The notes: generated from the sequence alone by a model not told the origin. Shown: positions 11,698-22,539, counted from the stretch's first letter. The stretch is 64,000 nt of DNA from Gemmatimonadaceae bacterium (GCA_044224875.1 JBGAJQ010000013.1:28119-92118), one strand, 5' to 3'. Numbers and translations: made by a program.

Positions 11698-11924
11698 GAA
11701 GGTCTCCACGATTCCACGAGAACTGATCTCTCGTTGACTGGTTTCGGCACGAAGTGCCCCACGCTCGATAGGGAAATCCCCGACGTGGTGCCGATGGCGT
11801 GTCCGCCGGCTACGCGGTCTCTGGAGAGTCGTGGAATCAACGAGAAAGAATGCGGATTTGAGCGTATTCCACGACGGGAGGCCGACAGCGGGGCTGTCGC
11901 GTCTCTCCGCCACCAGGAGGAGCC

Positions 11925-12659
11925 ATGGACAAACAGACAGAGCTGCGCTCGCTACGGGCCTACGCCGTCGGGGTGACGGCGGTTCTCGCCGCCAGCTCGA
12001 TCATGGGATTTGCGCGTGCGCCACAAAAGGCCCGCTTCACAGAGATTGACGTCGAGCGCATCAACATCGTCGAACCTGACGGGAAGCTCCGCATGGTGCT
12101 CTCAAATCGGCCTCGCTCAATTGGGCCGATCTACAAGGGCCGGCCGTTTGGCTACGAGGGCGGCACGAGGCCGGGGATCATCTTCTTCAATGATGAAGGA
12201 ACGGAAAACGGCGGCTTGACGTTCGCCGGGCGCCAGAAGCCGGACGGGAGCTACGAGGCGTCCAGTGGATTCTCGTTCGACCAGTTCAACCAGGACCAGG
12301 TGTTGTACTTCCAGTACGACGACAACAACGGCCTGCGACGCACCGGGCTTACGATCGCCGATCGAGCGAACGCCGACATCTTCGATGTGGTGGCACGTCG
12401 CGACTCCATCCAGAAAATGCCGGAAGGGGCGGCTCGCAACGAGGCCACGCAGCAACTCATGCGACCCGGTGGCGTGCCGTTGTTCGCCCAGCGCGTGTAC
12501 GTCGGGCGCGATCGGGCTCGCTCTGCCGTGTTGAACCTGTCCGATCCCGAGGGCCGGCCGCGACTCCGGCTGGTTGTTGACTCCACCGGCGCCGCGTCGC
12601 TGTTGTTCCTGGACGAACACGGAACCGTGACCGCTCGATATCCCGACCCGGCTCGCTGA
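11925..12659 (+). CDS. Hypothetical membrane-anchored or secreted protein
   Basis: AGGAGGAG ribosome-binding site, N-terminal hydrophobic helix, beta-rich body (ERINIVEPDGKLRMVLSN). Confidence 0.75.
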   Translation: MDKQTELRSLRAYAVGVTAVLAASSIMGFARAPQKARFTEIDVERINIVEPDGKLRMVLSNRPRSIGPIYKGRPFGYEGGTRPGIIFFNDEGTENGGLTFAGRQKPDGSYEASSGFSFDQFNQDQVLYFQYDDNNGLRRTGLTIADRANADIFDVVARRDSIQKMPEGAARNEATQQLMRPGGVPLFAQRVYVGRDRARSAVLNLSDPEGRPRLRLVVDSTGAASLLFLDEHGTVTARYPDPAR

Positions 12660-12663
12660 CGAC

Positions 12664-13911
12664 CTACTCGTGGCGGATGGCTTCGATGGGACTCAGGCGC
12701 GCCGCTCGGCGCGCCGGATACGTCCCGAAGGCGATGCCGATCATCACCGACAAGAACGCCGCCGCGAGCACTGAACTCCAGGTGAAGCTCGCCTGGATGA
12801 AGGTCGCCGACGCATACCGCCGGATCAGGGCCGTCAGCCCGAACGACGTCGCCAACCCGAGCACGACACCAAAGAAGCCCCCAACGGCCGTGATCGCCAC
12901 CGATTCGGTGAGGAACTGGAGCAGGATGTCCCGGTGGCGCGCCCCGGCCGCCTTCCGAATGCCAATCTCGCGGGTGCGCTCGGTCACGGACGCCAGTAAC
13001 ACGTTCATGATGCCGATACCGCCAACGATCAGGGAGATGCCAGTGATCGCCCCCATCAACAGCTTGAAGATCAGGATGCCCTGCGATGCCTGATCCGCCC
13101 GCTCACCATAGGACTGGATGACAAAGGCCGACTTCGTCCCCGTCTTCGTCGGCTGCAACAGTGTTCGGATTCCACGCTCCACCTTCGCCACATCCTCCAC
13201 CGTCAGCGCGCGGGCTATGATCGTGGGGTATCGCAGGCTCCTCGCGTGGAACAGGGTGTCCAGTCCGGCGCTGTACGGGATGATCGCGCCACGTGAGGTG
13301 CGCCCGAGCTCGCCGTCAATGACCCCGACGACGGTGTGATTACGCCCATTCAGGGAAATGCGCATGCCTAACGCGCCTGCAGGGTTGCTGGTCGAAAGAT
13401 CCCTGGCAAGCTGACGTGAAACCACCACCGCCCCGCCAGTCGCGATGTCGGCAGGTGTCAGCATGCGCCCAGCCGACAGCTTCAAGGCGCCCAACCGATC
13501 GATCCCGTCCGTCACGGCCATCACACCAGCCATGCGTCGCACGGTGGAATCGGCTGATCGCACCTCAACCGGAGCGCGCGCCAACAGACCGGCGCTCGCA
13601 ACACCGGGCAAGGCCGCCACCGTTCTCAAGACGTCCAGCGTCAACGGAATGGTGTCAGCCATGGCAAACGTCTGCCCGTCGATATCCTCACCCACGCGCG
13701 ATTCCACCCCAAGACTCAGGAGATCCGTTGTCTCCGCCAGCTGTGCGCGCGCGGTTCGCTCCATCCCGTCCCCGAGGGAAAGGACGGCGACCAGGGACGC
13801 CACGCCTATGATCACACCGAGCGTTGAAAGCACACCGCGCATCGGGCTCAACATCAGTGTTTCACGCGTGACCAAGATTGCCGTGGCCACCGGCCCCGTC
13901 AGCTTACGCAT
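12664..13911 (-). CDS. MacB/FtsX-family ABC transporter permease
   Basis: LGVIIGVASLVA; GGIGIMNVLLASVTERTREIGIRKAAGA; PARRAARLSPIEAIRHE. Start overlaps the upstream gene's stop. Confidence 0.9.
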   Translation of the reverse strand: MRKLTGPVATAILVTRETLMLSPMRGVLSTLGVIIGVASLVAVLSLGDGMERTARAQLAETTDLLSLGVESRVGEDIDGQTFAMADTIPLTLDVLRTVAALPGVASAGLLARAPVEVRSADSTVRRMAGVMAVTDGIDRLGALKLSAGRMLTPADIATGGAVVVSRQLARDLSTSNPAGALGMRISLNGRNHTVVGVIDGELGRTSRGAIIPYSAGLDTLFHARSLRYPTIIARALTVEDVAKVERGIRTLLQPTKTGTKSAFVIQSYGERADQASQGILIFKLLMGAITGISLIVGGIGIMNVLLASVTERTREIGIRKAAGARHRDILLQFLTESVAITAVGGFFGVVLGLATSFGLTALIRRYASATFIQASFTWSSVLAAAFLSVMIGIAFGTYPARRAARLSPIEAIRHE

Positions 13912-15574
13912 GGGTTCCGCCGAGTGGAGCGTCGACCGAGACACCGCCGCCGCGCGCCGCCGCTACATCGGCCCACGCGGTCGCCGTTGACGGAGCCACC
14001 TGACTCATTGCGTGCTCGGCGAGTGCCGTGATGCTGAGTGATGGATTCACCCCTGGGTTGGCCGGAATCGCCGAGCCGTCGCAGATGATGAGATTCTGAT
14101 AGCCGAACGCACGGAGATTGGCATCCACCACACCCGCACTCGAATCTGCACCGATGACGGCTCCTCCCAGGAGGTGCGCGGTGGTGGGGATGTTCGCGGC
14201 GGCTTCGAGAATGCCACTCTGCGGCGTTCCATTCGTGTGCTTGGCTATCCACTCCACGACCTCGTTGGCCACGGCGATGAAGGTCGGATTCGGCCGATCG
14301 GGATCCTGCTCCGTGCGCAGGCGAAAACGCCCGAACCAGCTGTGTCGCGCGCGTAGGGCGATGGCGTTGTCGCGAGTCTGCATGACCAGCACGACAAGCG
14401 TCCGTCGGCTCCAACCCACGGGCCAGCGACTGCGAAGAAATCGCCATGGGTGTCGGAGGATGCTACCCAGCAAGAGGAGTGGTCGCGTCAGCCGTGACCC
14501 GCGACCGGTCAGGGGCGCCAGCAGAAAGGACATCGCGTCACCGCGACGTCCGTAGGTGACGAACTCGATGTGTGTATCGGACGATGGATGGATGCTTGCA
14601 CTGATCGCGACGTCGTTCCACACAGCGAGCGTGTCATCCGGAAGGGTGACAGCGAGGATGGATTCGCTGTTGGTTCGCACCAGCTCGCCCAGTCGTGGAC
14701 TAAGGCGCGGCAGCGTTCCCTCGAGTCGGCATCGGAGGAGCAAGCGGTTCGTTCCCAAGGCGCCGGCGGCAACGACGACACCACGCGCCGTGAATGTGCG
14801 CATCGTTCGCCGGACGAGTGCACCGGGCTTCCGCGTCGTTACGCGATAGCCGGTGCTCCCGTCAGCCGCACCCAGTGGCTCAATGCCGGTAACCTCGCAG
14901 TCAGGAACAATCTCCGCGCCGCGCCGTTCGGCGAACCACAGGTAGTTCTTCAGGAGCGTGTTCTTGGCGCCCTCGCGACATCCGACCATGCAAGCGCCGC
15001 ATCGTGTGCACCCCGTGCGTGGCGGCCCTTCGCCGCCAAAGTACGGATCGGGTACCTCCAGCCCTGGCGTGCCAAAGTACACGCCGACTGGGACACGAGT
15101 GAACGTGTCCTCGACCCCCAGGTGTTGGCCGACCCGCTGCAAGAGGTGTTGTCCGTCACTAGCGTGCGGGACCAACTGGGCGCCGAGCATTTGTTCCGCC
15201 GTGGCGTAATGCGGCTGCAACACACGGTGCCAATCTGCCAGCGCTGCCCACTGTGGATGTTCAAAGAACGACGGCTTGGCGCGGTACAGAGTGTTGGCGT
15301 ACACCGTGCTCCCGCCGCCAACCGCAGCGCCGCTCGCGACGAATACATCCTTGAATGGGGTGAGTCGCAGGATCCCGCGGAGGCCAAGCGTGGGCGCCCA
15401 CAGAAACCGCCGTAGGTCCCACGCGGATTTCGCGAATTGATCGTCCGCGTACCGCTGGCCGCACTCCAGCACGGCCACGCGATAGCCCTTTTCACTCAGG
15501 CGAAGGGCCGACACACTCCCACCGAACCCGGACCCGACCACGATCCAGTCGTAGTCCAGGTGGGTGGACGTCAT
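13904..15574 (-). CDS. GMC-family oxidoreductase, cholesterol oxidase (ChoD)-like
   Basis: DWIVVGSGFGGSV FAD motif; GCTRCGACMVGC..GAKNTL; TAHLLGG; GVNPSLSITALAE. Confidence 0.85.
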   Translation of the reverse strand: MTSTHLDYDWIVVGSGFGGSVSALRLSEKGYRVAVLECGQRYADDQFAKSAWDLRRFLWAPTLGLRGILRLTPFKDVFVASGAAVGGGSTVYANTLYRAKPSFFEHPQWAALADWHRVLQPHYATAEQMLGAQLVPHASDGQHLLQRVGQHLGVEDTFTRVPVGVYFGTPGLEVPDPYFGGEGPPRTGCTRCGACMVGCREGAKNTLLKNYLWFAERRGAEIVPDCEVTGIEPLGAADGSTGYRVTTRKPGALVRRTMRTFTARGVVVAAGALGTNRLLLRCRLEGTLPRLSPRLGELVRTNSESILAVTLPDDTLAVWNDVAISASIHPSSDTHIEFVTYGRRGDAMSFLLAPLTGRGSRLTRPLLLLGSILRHPWRFLRSRWPVGWSRRTLVVLVMQTRDNAIALRARHSWFGRFRLRTEQDPDRPNPTFIAVANEVVEWIAKHTNGTPQSGILEAAANIPTTAHLLGGAVIGADSSAGVVDANLRAFGYQNLIICDGSAIPANPGVNPSLSITALAEHAMSQVAPSTATAWADVAAARGGGVSVDAPLGGTHA

Positions 15575-15607
15575 TGGTGCCGCGGCGCCGCGGAGGGCGT
15601 GGCGTCG

Positions 15608-18190
15608 CTAGACGCCAACGCTCTCCGGGATATCCACCACGCGATCGGTCGCATCCAGGTGCGCCTCATGGGCGAGGGCGATGTCGAGCACTTGGGATAG
15701 CGTCTCAACCGGATGGAAGGTCAGTTGGTGCTGCACTTCGTCCGGCACATCCTCCAGGTCCGCTTCGTTCTGCTTGGGAATGACGATGTGCTTGATGCCG
15801 GCCCGGTGAGCGCCTAACACCTTTTCCTTCAGCCCGCCAATCGGCAGGACGCGGCCACGGAGCGTGATCTCACCGGTCATGGCAACATCACGTCGCACGG
15901 CACGTCCCGACAGCTCCGACACCAGGGCGGTACCGATCGCGATACCGGCCGACGGCCCGTCCTTCGGAATCGCGCCAGCCGGCACGTGAATGTGGGCCTC
16001 CAGCGCGCCCTCCATTCGTTCGGCGGGAATGCCGAGCGCGCGCGCATTATTCGTGGCATACGTGAGGGCGGCACGCGCGCTTTCCTTCATGACGTCGCCC
16101 AGCTGCCCCGTCAGGATCAACGAGATCGGTCCGCTGCCACCGTGGCGCGGCACGGGGTCGCTTTCCTCCACGGCGCGCGCTCTCTCGCTGCGGCGGATCG
16201 AGGCCTCGACGAACATGATGTCGCCACCGACGGGCGTGTAGTACATGCCCGTGGCAATGCCCACTTCGTTCGTCTCTTGCGCCCGTTCCGGATGCACCTT
16301 CGGTCGCCCGAGGAGTTGGCGCACCTCATCGGCATCGATGGCGTTGTCCGCCAGCACGCCCTGATCGCCCGTCGCGAGCTGCCGGGCCACCTTGCGGCAC
16401 ACCGCGCCGATCTTCTGTTCAAGCTGCCGAACACCACTCTCGCGCGTGTAGTTGGACACGATCGAGGCAATGGCTTCGCCGGTGAAGGCCACCTGCTTGT
16501 CCGCCAAGCCGTTCTCCTCCAGCTGCCGTGGCAGCAGGTACTTCTTGGCGATCTCGGCCTTCTCTCGTTCGGTATACCCAGAGAACTCCACGGTCTCCAT
16601 GCGGTCGAGCAAGGGCCCCGGAATGTTCTGGATGAAGTTGGCGGTCGCGATGAACAGCACCTCACTCAGGTCGAACGGGACGCCAAGGTAGTGATCGGTA
16701 AAGGAGTCGTTTTGCGCCGGATCGAGCACCTCCAACAGCGCCGATGCCGGGTCGCCCTGGAACGACGTACCCAGCTTGTCCACCTCGTCCAGCAGGAAGA
16801 TCGGGTTCTTGGTCCCTGCTTGCTTCATCCCCTGGATGATTCGCCCAGGCATGGCACCCACGTAGGTACGTCGATGCCCACGGATGTCGGCCTCATCGCG
16901 CGCCCCACCCAGGGCGACGCGCACGTACTGGCGTCCAAGCGAGCGAGCGATTGACTTGGCGATCGATGTCTTACCAACGCCCGGCGGTCCCACGAACAGG
17001 AGGATGGGCCCCTTGGCCATGGCGCGGGCCTTCGCTTCCTTCGCGTCGGTGATGGTGCGGTCCTCGGCGTCTCCGTTGCCTAACGAAGGTGTTGCGTCTT
17101 CCCGGGCGGTCTTGAGCTTGGCCGCCGGGAACTCGCCGGTACGCGTCACTTCTTCAGCGAGTTGCTTGGCACGCAGCTGACGAACCGCCAGGAACTCCAG
17201 TACGCGATCCTTCACGTCCTGAAGGCCATAGTGGTCCTCGTCGAGGATTTCGTCGGCGCGCTTCAGGTCGAGGTGGTCGTCGGATCGCTTGTTCCATGGG
17301 AGTTCGGCGATCCACTCCAGGTACGTCCGGATGACCTGCGCTTCCATGGATTCACGGCCCGTGCGCTCTAGCCTTCCGAGCTCACGCTCGACCTCGGCAC
17401 GCGCGTCCTTCGGCAGCTCCAACTTGGACAACTTGTCCCGCAACTCCTGAACTTCCTTGGATTGATCGTCGTCACCCAGTTCCTTCTGGATAGCCTTCAT
17501 CTGCTCGCGCAGGAACATCTCACGTTGGCGCTCACCGAGCTCTTCCTGCACCTGCGACTTGATCTCCTCTTGAGCCTCCAACATGCCGATCTGTCGCTGC
17601 ACATGGACCAGCACGCGACGCAGGCGTTCCTCGACGCTGAGCGTTTCCAGCAGCCCCTGCTTCTCGGGGACAGGGAGCTCCAGATATCCAGCGACGAGGT
17701 CCGCGAAGCGGCCCGGCTCCTCGACCGCGTCGAGCACCTGGTGCACGACCTCTTCCGGCAGTCCGCGGCGCTCACCCAGTTCGGCGGCGCGCTCGCGCGT
17801 TTCCTTCTGCAGCGCTTCAAACGCCGCATCGTGCTCATTCAGGGGCGACATCTCTTCAGTCGGCATGACTACAGCCGTCAGGAAGCCGTCCCCGGGTGTG
17901 TACTGCAGGGAGGTGGCACGCTGCTCGCCTTGCAGCAGGAGTTGCACGCCGCCGAGGCCACGCTGGATCTGCCCGATTCGGGCGATCACTCCCATGGAGT
18001 AGAGGATTTCCGGCTTCGGTTCGTCCTCGTTGTCACGCTGCGCCACGGCGAAAACCAGCCGATCTCCCTTCAACGCCGATTCGATGGCGCGCAGTGTTCC
18101 GGGTCGGCCAGCCGCGATGGGCGCCGTGAGCCCCGGAAAGATGACCGTTCCCCTTAGCGGAAGAACGGGAAGAGTCTGCCTTGTTCCCAT
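15608..18190 (-). CDS. lon: ATP-dependent Lon protease (endopeptidase La)
   Basis: LPVLPLR N-domain, GPPGVGKTS Walker A, LLDEVDK Walker B, PKDGPSAG catalytic Ser, IGGLKEK. Confidence 0.97.
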   Translation of the reverse strand: MGTRQTLPVLPLRGTVIFPGLTAPIAAGRPGTLRAIESALKGDRLVFAVAQRDNEDEPKPEILYSMGVIARIGQIQRGLGGVQLLLQGEQRATSLQYTPGDGFLTAVVMPTEEMSPLNEHDAAFEALQKETRERAAELGERRGLPEEVVHQVLDAVEEPGRFADLVAGYLELPVPEKQGLLETLSVEERLRRVLVHVQRQIGMLEAQEEIKSQVQEELGERQREMFLREQMKAIQKELGDDDQSKEVQELRDKLSKLELPKDARAEVERELGRLERTGRESMEAQVIRTYLEWIAELPWNKRSDDHLDLKRADEILDEDHYGLQDVKDRVLEFLAVRQLRAKQLAEEVTRTGEFPAAKLKTAREDATPSLGNGDAEDRTITDAKEAKARAMAKGPILLFVGPPGVGKTSIAKSIARSLGRQYVRVALGGARDEADIRGHRRTYVGAMPGRIIQGMKQAGTKNPIFLLDEVDKLGTSFQGDPASALLEVLDPAQNDSFTDHYLGVPFDLSEVLFIATANFIQNIPGPLLDRMETVEFSGYTEREKAEIAKKYLLPRQLEENGLADKQVAFTGEAIASIVSNYTRESGVRQLEQKIGAVCRKVARQLATGDQGVLADNAIDADEVRQLLGRPKVHPERAQETNEVGIATGMYYTPVGGDIMFVEASIRRSERARAVEESDPVPRHGGSGPISLILTGQLGDVMKESARAALTYATNNARALGIPAERMEGALEAHIHVPAGAIPKDGPSAGIAIGTALVSELSGRAVRRDVAMTGEITLRGRVLPIGGLKEKVLGAHRAGIKHIVIPKQNEADLEDVPDEVQHQLTFHPVETLSQVLDIALAHEAHLDATDRVVDIPESVGV

Positions 18191-18568
18191 CGTTGTATCT
18201 CGGTTAAAACGCCCGGCCCCTCAGCCGCGAAACTGGCACATGCAGCCCTGCGCACTCCTCCATCTGCATCCCGGAGTCAGTGAGCGCAAGGCGATCAGGG
18301 GCCTTCGGCTTGGCTGCAGCAGGAATCGCGCTGCTGAATTACGTCACCTTGGCGGGGTTTGCAACTTTCGAGAGCCGAAGTGACGTAGTGCGTGACAGTT
18401 CGCGTGTCGAATAAGCAGGTGCGGTCCGGAGCCGTCTTCACACCGCACACGCGCGTCGCCGTAAGCGCCAAATTGCCAATGTCATACGCGGTCAAGCGTT
18501 CTAGACGCTCAGTCACACGTGTTGTACACTTCTCAGCCGAGAAATTACGTCCCGAATCTGCCCATCGC

Positions 18569-20435
18569 GTGCCAGATCCTGTCGCATCGTCTGCAGCAGA
18601 CGCTGAGCTGCGCGCGCACGTCGAGCGCGTACTAAGCGCCCACTACGAGCTCGATCGTGAGATCGGGCGCGGTGGCATGGGGATCGTCTACAAGGCCCGC
18701 GACCGTCGGCTCAAGCGGCCGGTGGCGGTGAAGTTGCTCCCGCCGGAGCTGGCGTTCCGATCCGAGATCCGAACGCGCTTCCTGCGTGAGGCGGAGACGG
18801 CGGCGCAGCTCAGCCATCCCAATATCGTGCCCATCTACAGCGTCGATGAGCGCGAAGGCCTGGTGTACTTCGTCATGGCCTATCCTCCTCGAGGTCGGGC
18901 GAGCACTCGCGTACGCCCACGAACGCGGTGTGGTGCATCGCGACATCAAGCCGGACAACATCCTCACGTCGTCGGCCGACGGCAGCGTGATGGTGACGGA
19001 CTTCGGTATTGCGCGGGCGGTCAGCGATGGGGCGGATTCACGGTTGACCGCGACGGGAATGGCCATCGGTACGCCGGCGTACATGTCGCCCGAGCAGTCG
19101 ATGGGGGAGCGCGAGATCGACGGACGCAGTGATCTGTATTCGTTAGGCATCGTTGGGTACCAGATGCTCTCAGGGGACCTGCCCTTCAACGCGTCCAGCA
19201 CGCCGGCGTTGCTGGTCAAGCACATCTCCGAGCATCCCACACCGGTGGCCGAGCGTTGCCCATCGGCCCCGGCAGACCTGTCCCGAGCCGTGATGCTGCT
19301 GCTGGAGAAAGAGCCGGCGAACCGGTTCCCCAGCGCCTCCGCACTGGTGACGGCCCTGGAGACAGGACACGTTCCCGAGGCACCCGTCAGGGTCAACACT
19401 CCTGTGCGCATCGCGTCGCCGTCGCAGCCGATGCCCTTGGAGACGTCCGACGGCTACCAGCCATCGGCGGATGAAGTGGCGCGCTGGAATGCGCCCATGG
19501 TACTGACGTTCCGAAAGAAGCTCGCCCCATTTTTCGCCTTTAGCGCGGTCAGCATTCTTCTCGCCATCTTCAACGTCCTCGACGGACTGGTTGGCGTGGC
19601 GGGCATCTGGAGTGTGTTCATCGCCTTCCAGTACGCGAAGTTGTGGACCGAAGGATACGACTGGCGCGACGTCTTCAAGGAGCCGCGCGACCGCTTGTTC
19701 TTCGATGTCGTGGCCGAATGGATGGAGAACGTCCGCGCGCTGTGGGACCGCAAGAAGCGCGTGGAGATTCGGGAGCGACAACGCACCCGCGGTGGTCGCG
19801 GCCACGACCTGTTCCCGCGAAACGCTGCAAACGCACTTCCCGCATCGTCGCTCAGTGGGCGCGAGCTGGACGCTGCGGCGGGCCCGTACGCCGCCCAGCT
19901 GCGCGAGGCGCAGCGCAATCGCGACGACATCATGCGCAACTTCCAGTCGCTGTCGAAGCACGATCGCGAAGGACTGTCGGAAGTGCCGGAGTCCGCCGTC
20001 GCGCTCTATGGGCGAGTGGAGGCGTTGGTGATGAGCCTCGCGGACTTGGAGCGAAATGCACCAGCTGAAGGGAGCGCGCCGGTAGACGCCGAAATCGCGC
20101 GACTCGAGTCAGAGGCCAATCCGCTCGACACCCGCGCCAGCGAAGAGCGCGTGCGCCGCTTGGCCTACCTCAAGAGGCAGCGTCGCGCGCTCAACGACGT
20201 GAGCGAGAAGCGATCCCGGTCGCGCGAGCGCATGGATCGTTGCATGCTGGCGCTCCAGAACATGCGTCTGGACCTCATCCGGTTGAAGGCGGGAAGTCAG
20301 ACCGTGCAACAGGTGACGCTCGTTGCCGAACGCGCGATGAATGTTGCCCGTGACGTGGAAAGCGCCGTGTACGTCGCCGATGAGATGGCGAAGTTGAATC
20401 GGCGCCCGGCGTACGGCAGCGGGCCAAACGGCTGA
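18569..20435 (+). pseudogene. Hanks-type Ser/Thr protein kinase interrupted by an internal deletion and frameshift at ~18882
   Basis: Frame 1: IGRGGMG, VAVK, FLREAETAA, ..FVMAY. Frame 2 resumes ILLEVGRALAYAH, HRDIKPDN, DFG, GTPAYMSPEQ. About 23 residues present in the neighbouring paralog are missing. Could be an assembly error. Confidence 0.8.
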
Positions 20436-20524
20436 CCCCTCGGTGTCCCCGCGCCGCGTCGGCATCGCGGTGACGCGCGCCTGCAGGTTTCCTTCCACAC
20501 CCTCGACCTCCCCCACCCCCGCTC

Positions 20525-22531
20525 ATGTCCGACGCCCTCCGCGATCGCGTTGAATCCGCGTTAGGCGACGCGTATGAGTTCGAGGCCGAAATTGGACGCG
20601 GCGGGATGGGGGTGGTCTACCGCGCTCGCGATCGCAAGCTCCGCCGGTTCGTGGCCGTGAAGGTACTGCCACCTGAACTCGCCTTTCGCGACGAAATCCG
20701 CACGCGTTTCCTGCGCGAAGCCGAAACCGCCGCTCAGCTCAACCACCCGCACATCGTACCCATCTACGCCGTCGAGGAGCGTGAAGGACTGGTGGGATTC
20801 GTGATGGCGCTCGTCGACGGTGAAAGCCTGGGGGCACGCCTCACACGCGAACGCCGTCCGGCAATCGCCGACGTTCGCCGGATCCTTCACGACGTGGCGG
20901 ATGCGTTGGCATACGCGCACGCGCACGGCATCGTCCATCGCGACATCAAGCCCGACAACATCCTGCTCGACCGAGCGACCGGCCGTCCGATGGTCACCGA
21001 TTTCGGGATCGCGCGAGCGATGGAGGGGGATGCGCGGTTGACGGTGACCGGGATCGCCGTCGGCACGCCGGCGTACATGTCGCCGGAACAGGCCATGGGA
21101 GATCGGGAAATCGATGGACGGAGCGACGTCTACGCGCTTGCCATCGTTGGGTACCAGATGCTGGCCGGAGAACTTCCCTTTCAGGCCACCAACACGCCGG
21201 CGATGCTGATGAAGCACATCAGCGAGCGCCCGCGACCGCTGCGCGATGCGCGCCGTGACGTGCCACCGCGACTGGCCGCGTGCATCGAACACGCGCTCGC
21301 CAAGCGTCCTGAGGATCGGTGGGAGAGTGCGGCGGCGTTTCGCGACGCCCTTGGTGCGGCGGAGGACGGTCCCGCCGACCCATTGCTCGCGCCTAACGAC
21401 GCTGCCCCCGACCGACTCTCGGCCGCGTGGAAGCACCCCGCCCCCGCCGCCCCCGCCCGCCCAAAAGCGGTCGACCCGGCCGCGTCGCATGGCGCCTTTG
21501 TCGGCGCCGACATCATGGGCGTGCGCGTTGGGGTGGTGGCCAACGTACGCGGGCGCGACGCGGTGGAAGCCGCCAATCACCCGGATGCGCTGCCGCCAAT
21601 CCCCAGTTGGATGCCCAGCTCGTGGCGGGACGCGCGCCGCCAATGGGGCCCGGGACTCACCAAGCGCCAGTACAAGGAGATGATGCGTGGCGCCAGCATG
21701 AACGCCACGGTCGATGGAATGTTGCAGCTGTCGGAAGCCGAACGCATCCGACGGTTCCGCCGCCAGATCGGAAGCACGTTCGTCACCGTCGGCGTACTGT
21801 TCGGCATCAATGCCTTCGTCACCCAAGGCCCACCCTGGTTCCTGATACCCTCGGCGTTCATGGGGCTTGGTGTGCTCCGACGCGCGGTCGGCCTGTGGGC
21901 CGATGGCGTTTCACTGCGCCGCATCTTTGGCAGGAGTTCGGTCGTTCGTACGCAGTCGCCGGCGTTGCCCGCACCCGCCCCGTCGCCAGAAGACCTCGCG
22001 CTCGCCCTGGCACCCGCGGACGTGCTGAACGGTCCCTATGGCCCGGTGGTTCTTCGCGCCGCACAGGATCGCGCCGCCGCCAAGAATGCCGTGGAGCGAC
22101 TGACACCCGCGGATCGCACCATGATCCCGGATGTCGTCCCGACGCTAGACGCGCTCGCCGAACGCGTTGGTGCGATCGCCCAGTCCTTGCATCGCATGGA
22201 CGAAGACATCACCCCCGATAGCCTGAACGAGATCGAACGCCGCATCGAGTTGTCCAAGGCCGCGCCGGAATCCGTGGAGCGCGACCAGCGTGTGGCATTG
22301 CTCGAGCGTCAGCGCGCCACCATGGGAGATCTCATGAAGCGCCGGGACGCGTTGCGCACGCAACTCGAGAGCGCCTCGTTGATGCTGCAAAACCTCCGGC
22401 TGGACCTTCTCGCGTTACGTTCTGCCGGCGTTCAGTCCGTCATCGACGATGTCAGCAGCGCCACGCAGGAAGCGCGGGCCGTCTCCCGCGACATCGCCCG
22501 CGCCCTCGACGCCGCGAAGGAAATTCGTTAG
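20525..22531 (+). CDS. Hanks-type Ser/Thr protein kinase with two TM helices and a C-terminal helical domain
   Basis: All kinase subdomains present (GRGGMG, VAVK, HRDIKPDN, DFG, SPE, DVYALA). Hydrophobic hairpin followed by coiled-coil. Confidence 0.95.
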   Translation: MSDALRDRVESALGDAYEFEAEIGRGGMGVVYRARDRKLRRFVAVKVLPPELAFRDEIRTRFLREAETAAQLNHPHIVPIYAVEEREGLVGFVMALVDGESLGARLTRERRPAIADVRRILHDVADALAYAHAHGIVHRDIKPDNILLDRATGRPMVTDFGIARAMEGDARLTVTGIAVGTPAYMSPEQAMGDREIDGRSDVYALAIVGYQMLAGELPFQATNTPAMLMKHISERPRPLRDARRDVPPRLAACIEHALAKRPEDRWESAAAFRDALGAAEDGPADPLLAPNDAAPDRLSAAWKHPAPAAPARPKAVDPAASHGAFVGADIMGVRVGVVANVRGRDAVEAANHPDALPPIPSWMPSSWRDARRQWGPGLTKRQYKEMMRGASMNATVDGMLQLSEAERIRRFRRQIGSTFVTVGVLFGINAFVTQGPPWFLIPSAFMGLGVLRRAVGLWADGVSLRRIFGRSSVVRTQSPALPAPAPSPEDLALALAPADVLNGPYGPVVLRAAQDRAAAKNAVERLTPADRTMIPDVVPTLDALAERVGAIAQSLHRMDEDITPDSLNEIERRIELSKAAPESVERDQRVALLERQRATMGDLMKRRDALRTQLESASLMLQNLRLDLLALRSAGVQSVIDDVSSATQEARAVSRDIARALDAAKEIR

Positions 22532-22539
22532 GTGGCCCG

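Noticed and set aside
20561..21826. Long antisense and alternate-frame ORFs (e.g. 20561-21826, 31913-33082, 53265-54296, 523-1473)
   Set aside because: They shadow well-supported genes, lack motifs, and are expected at high GC.
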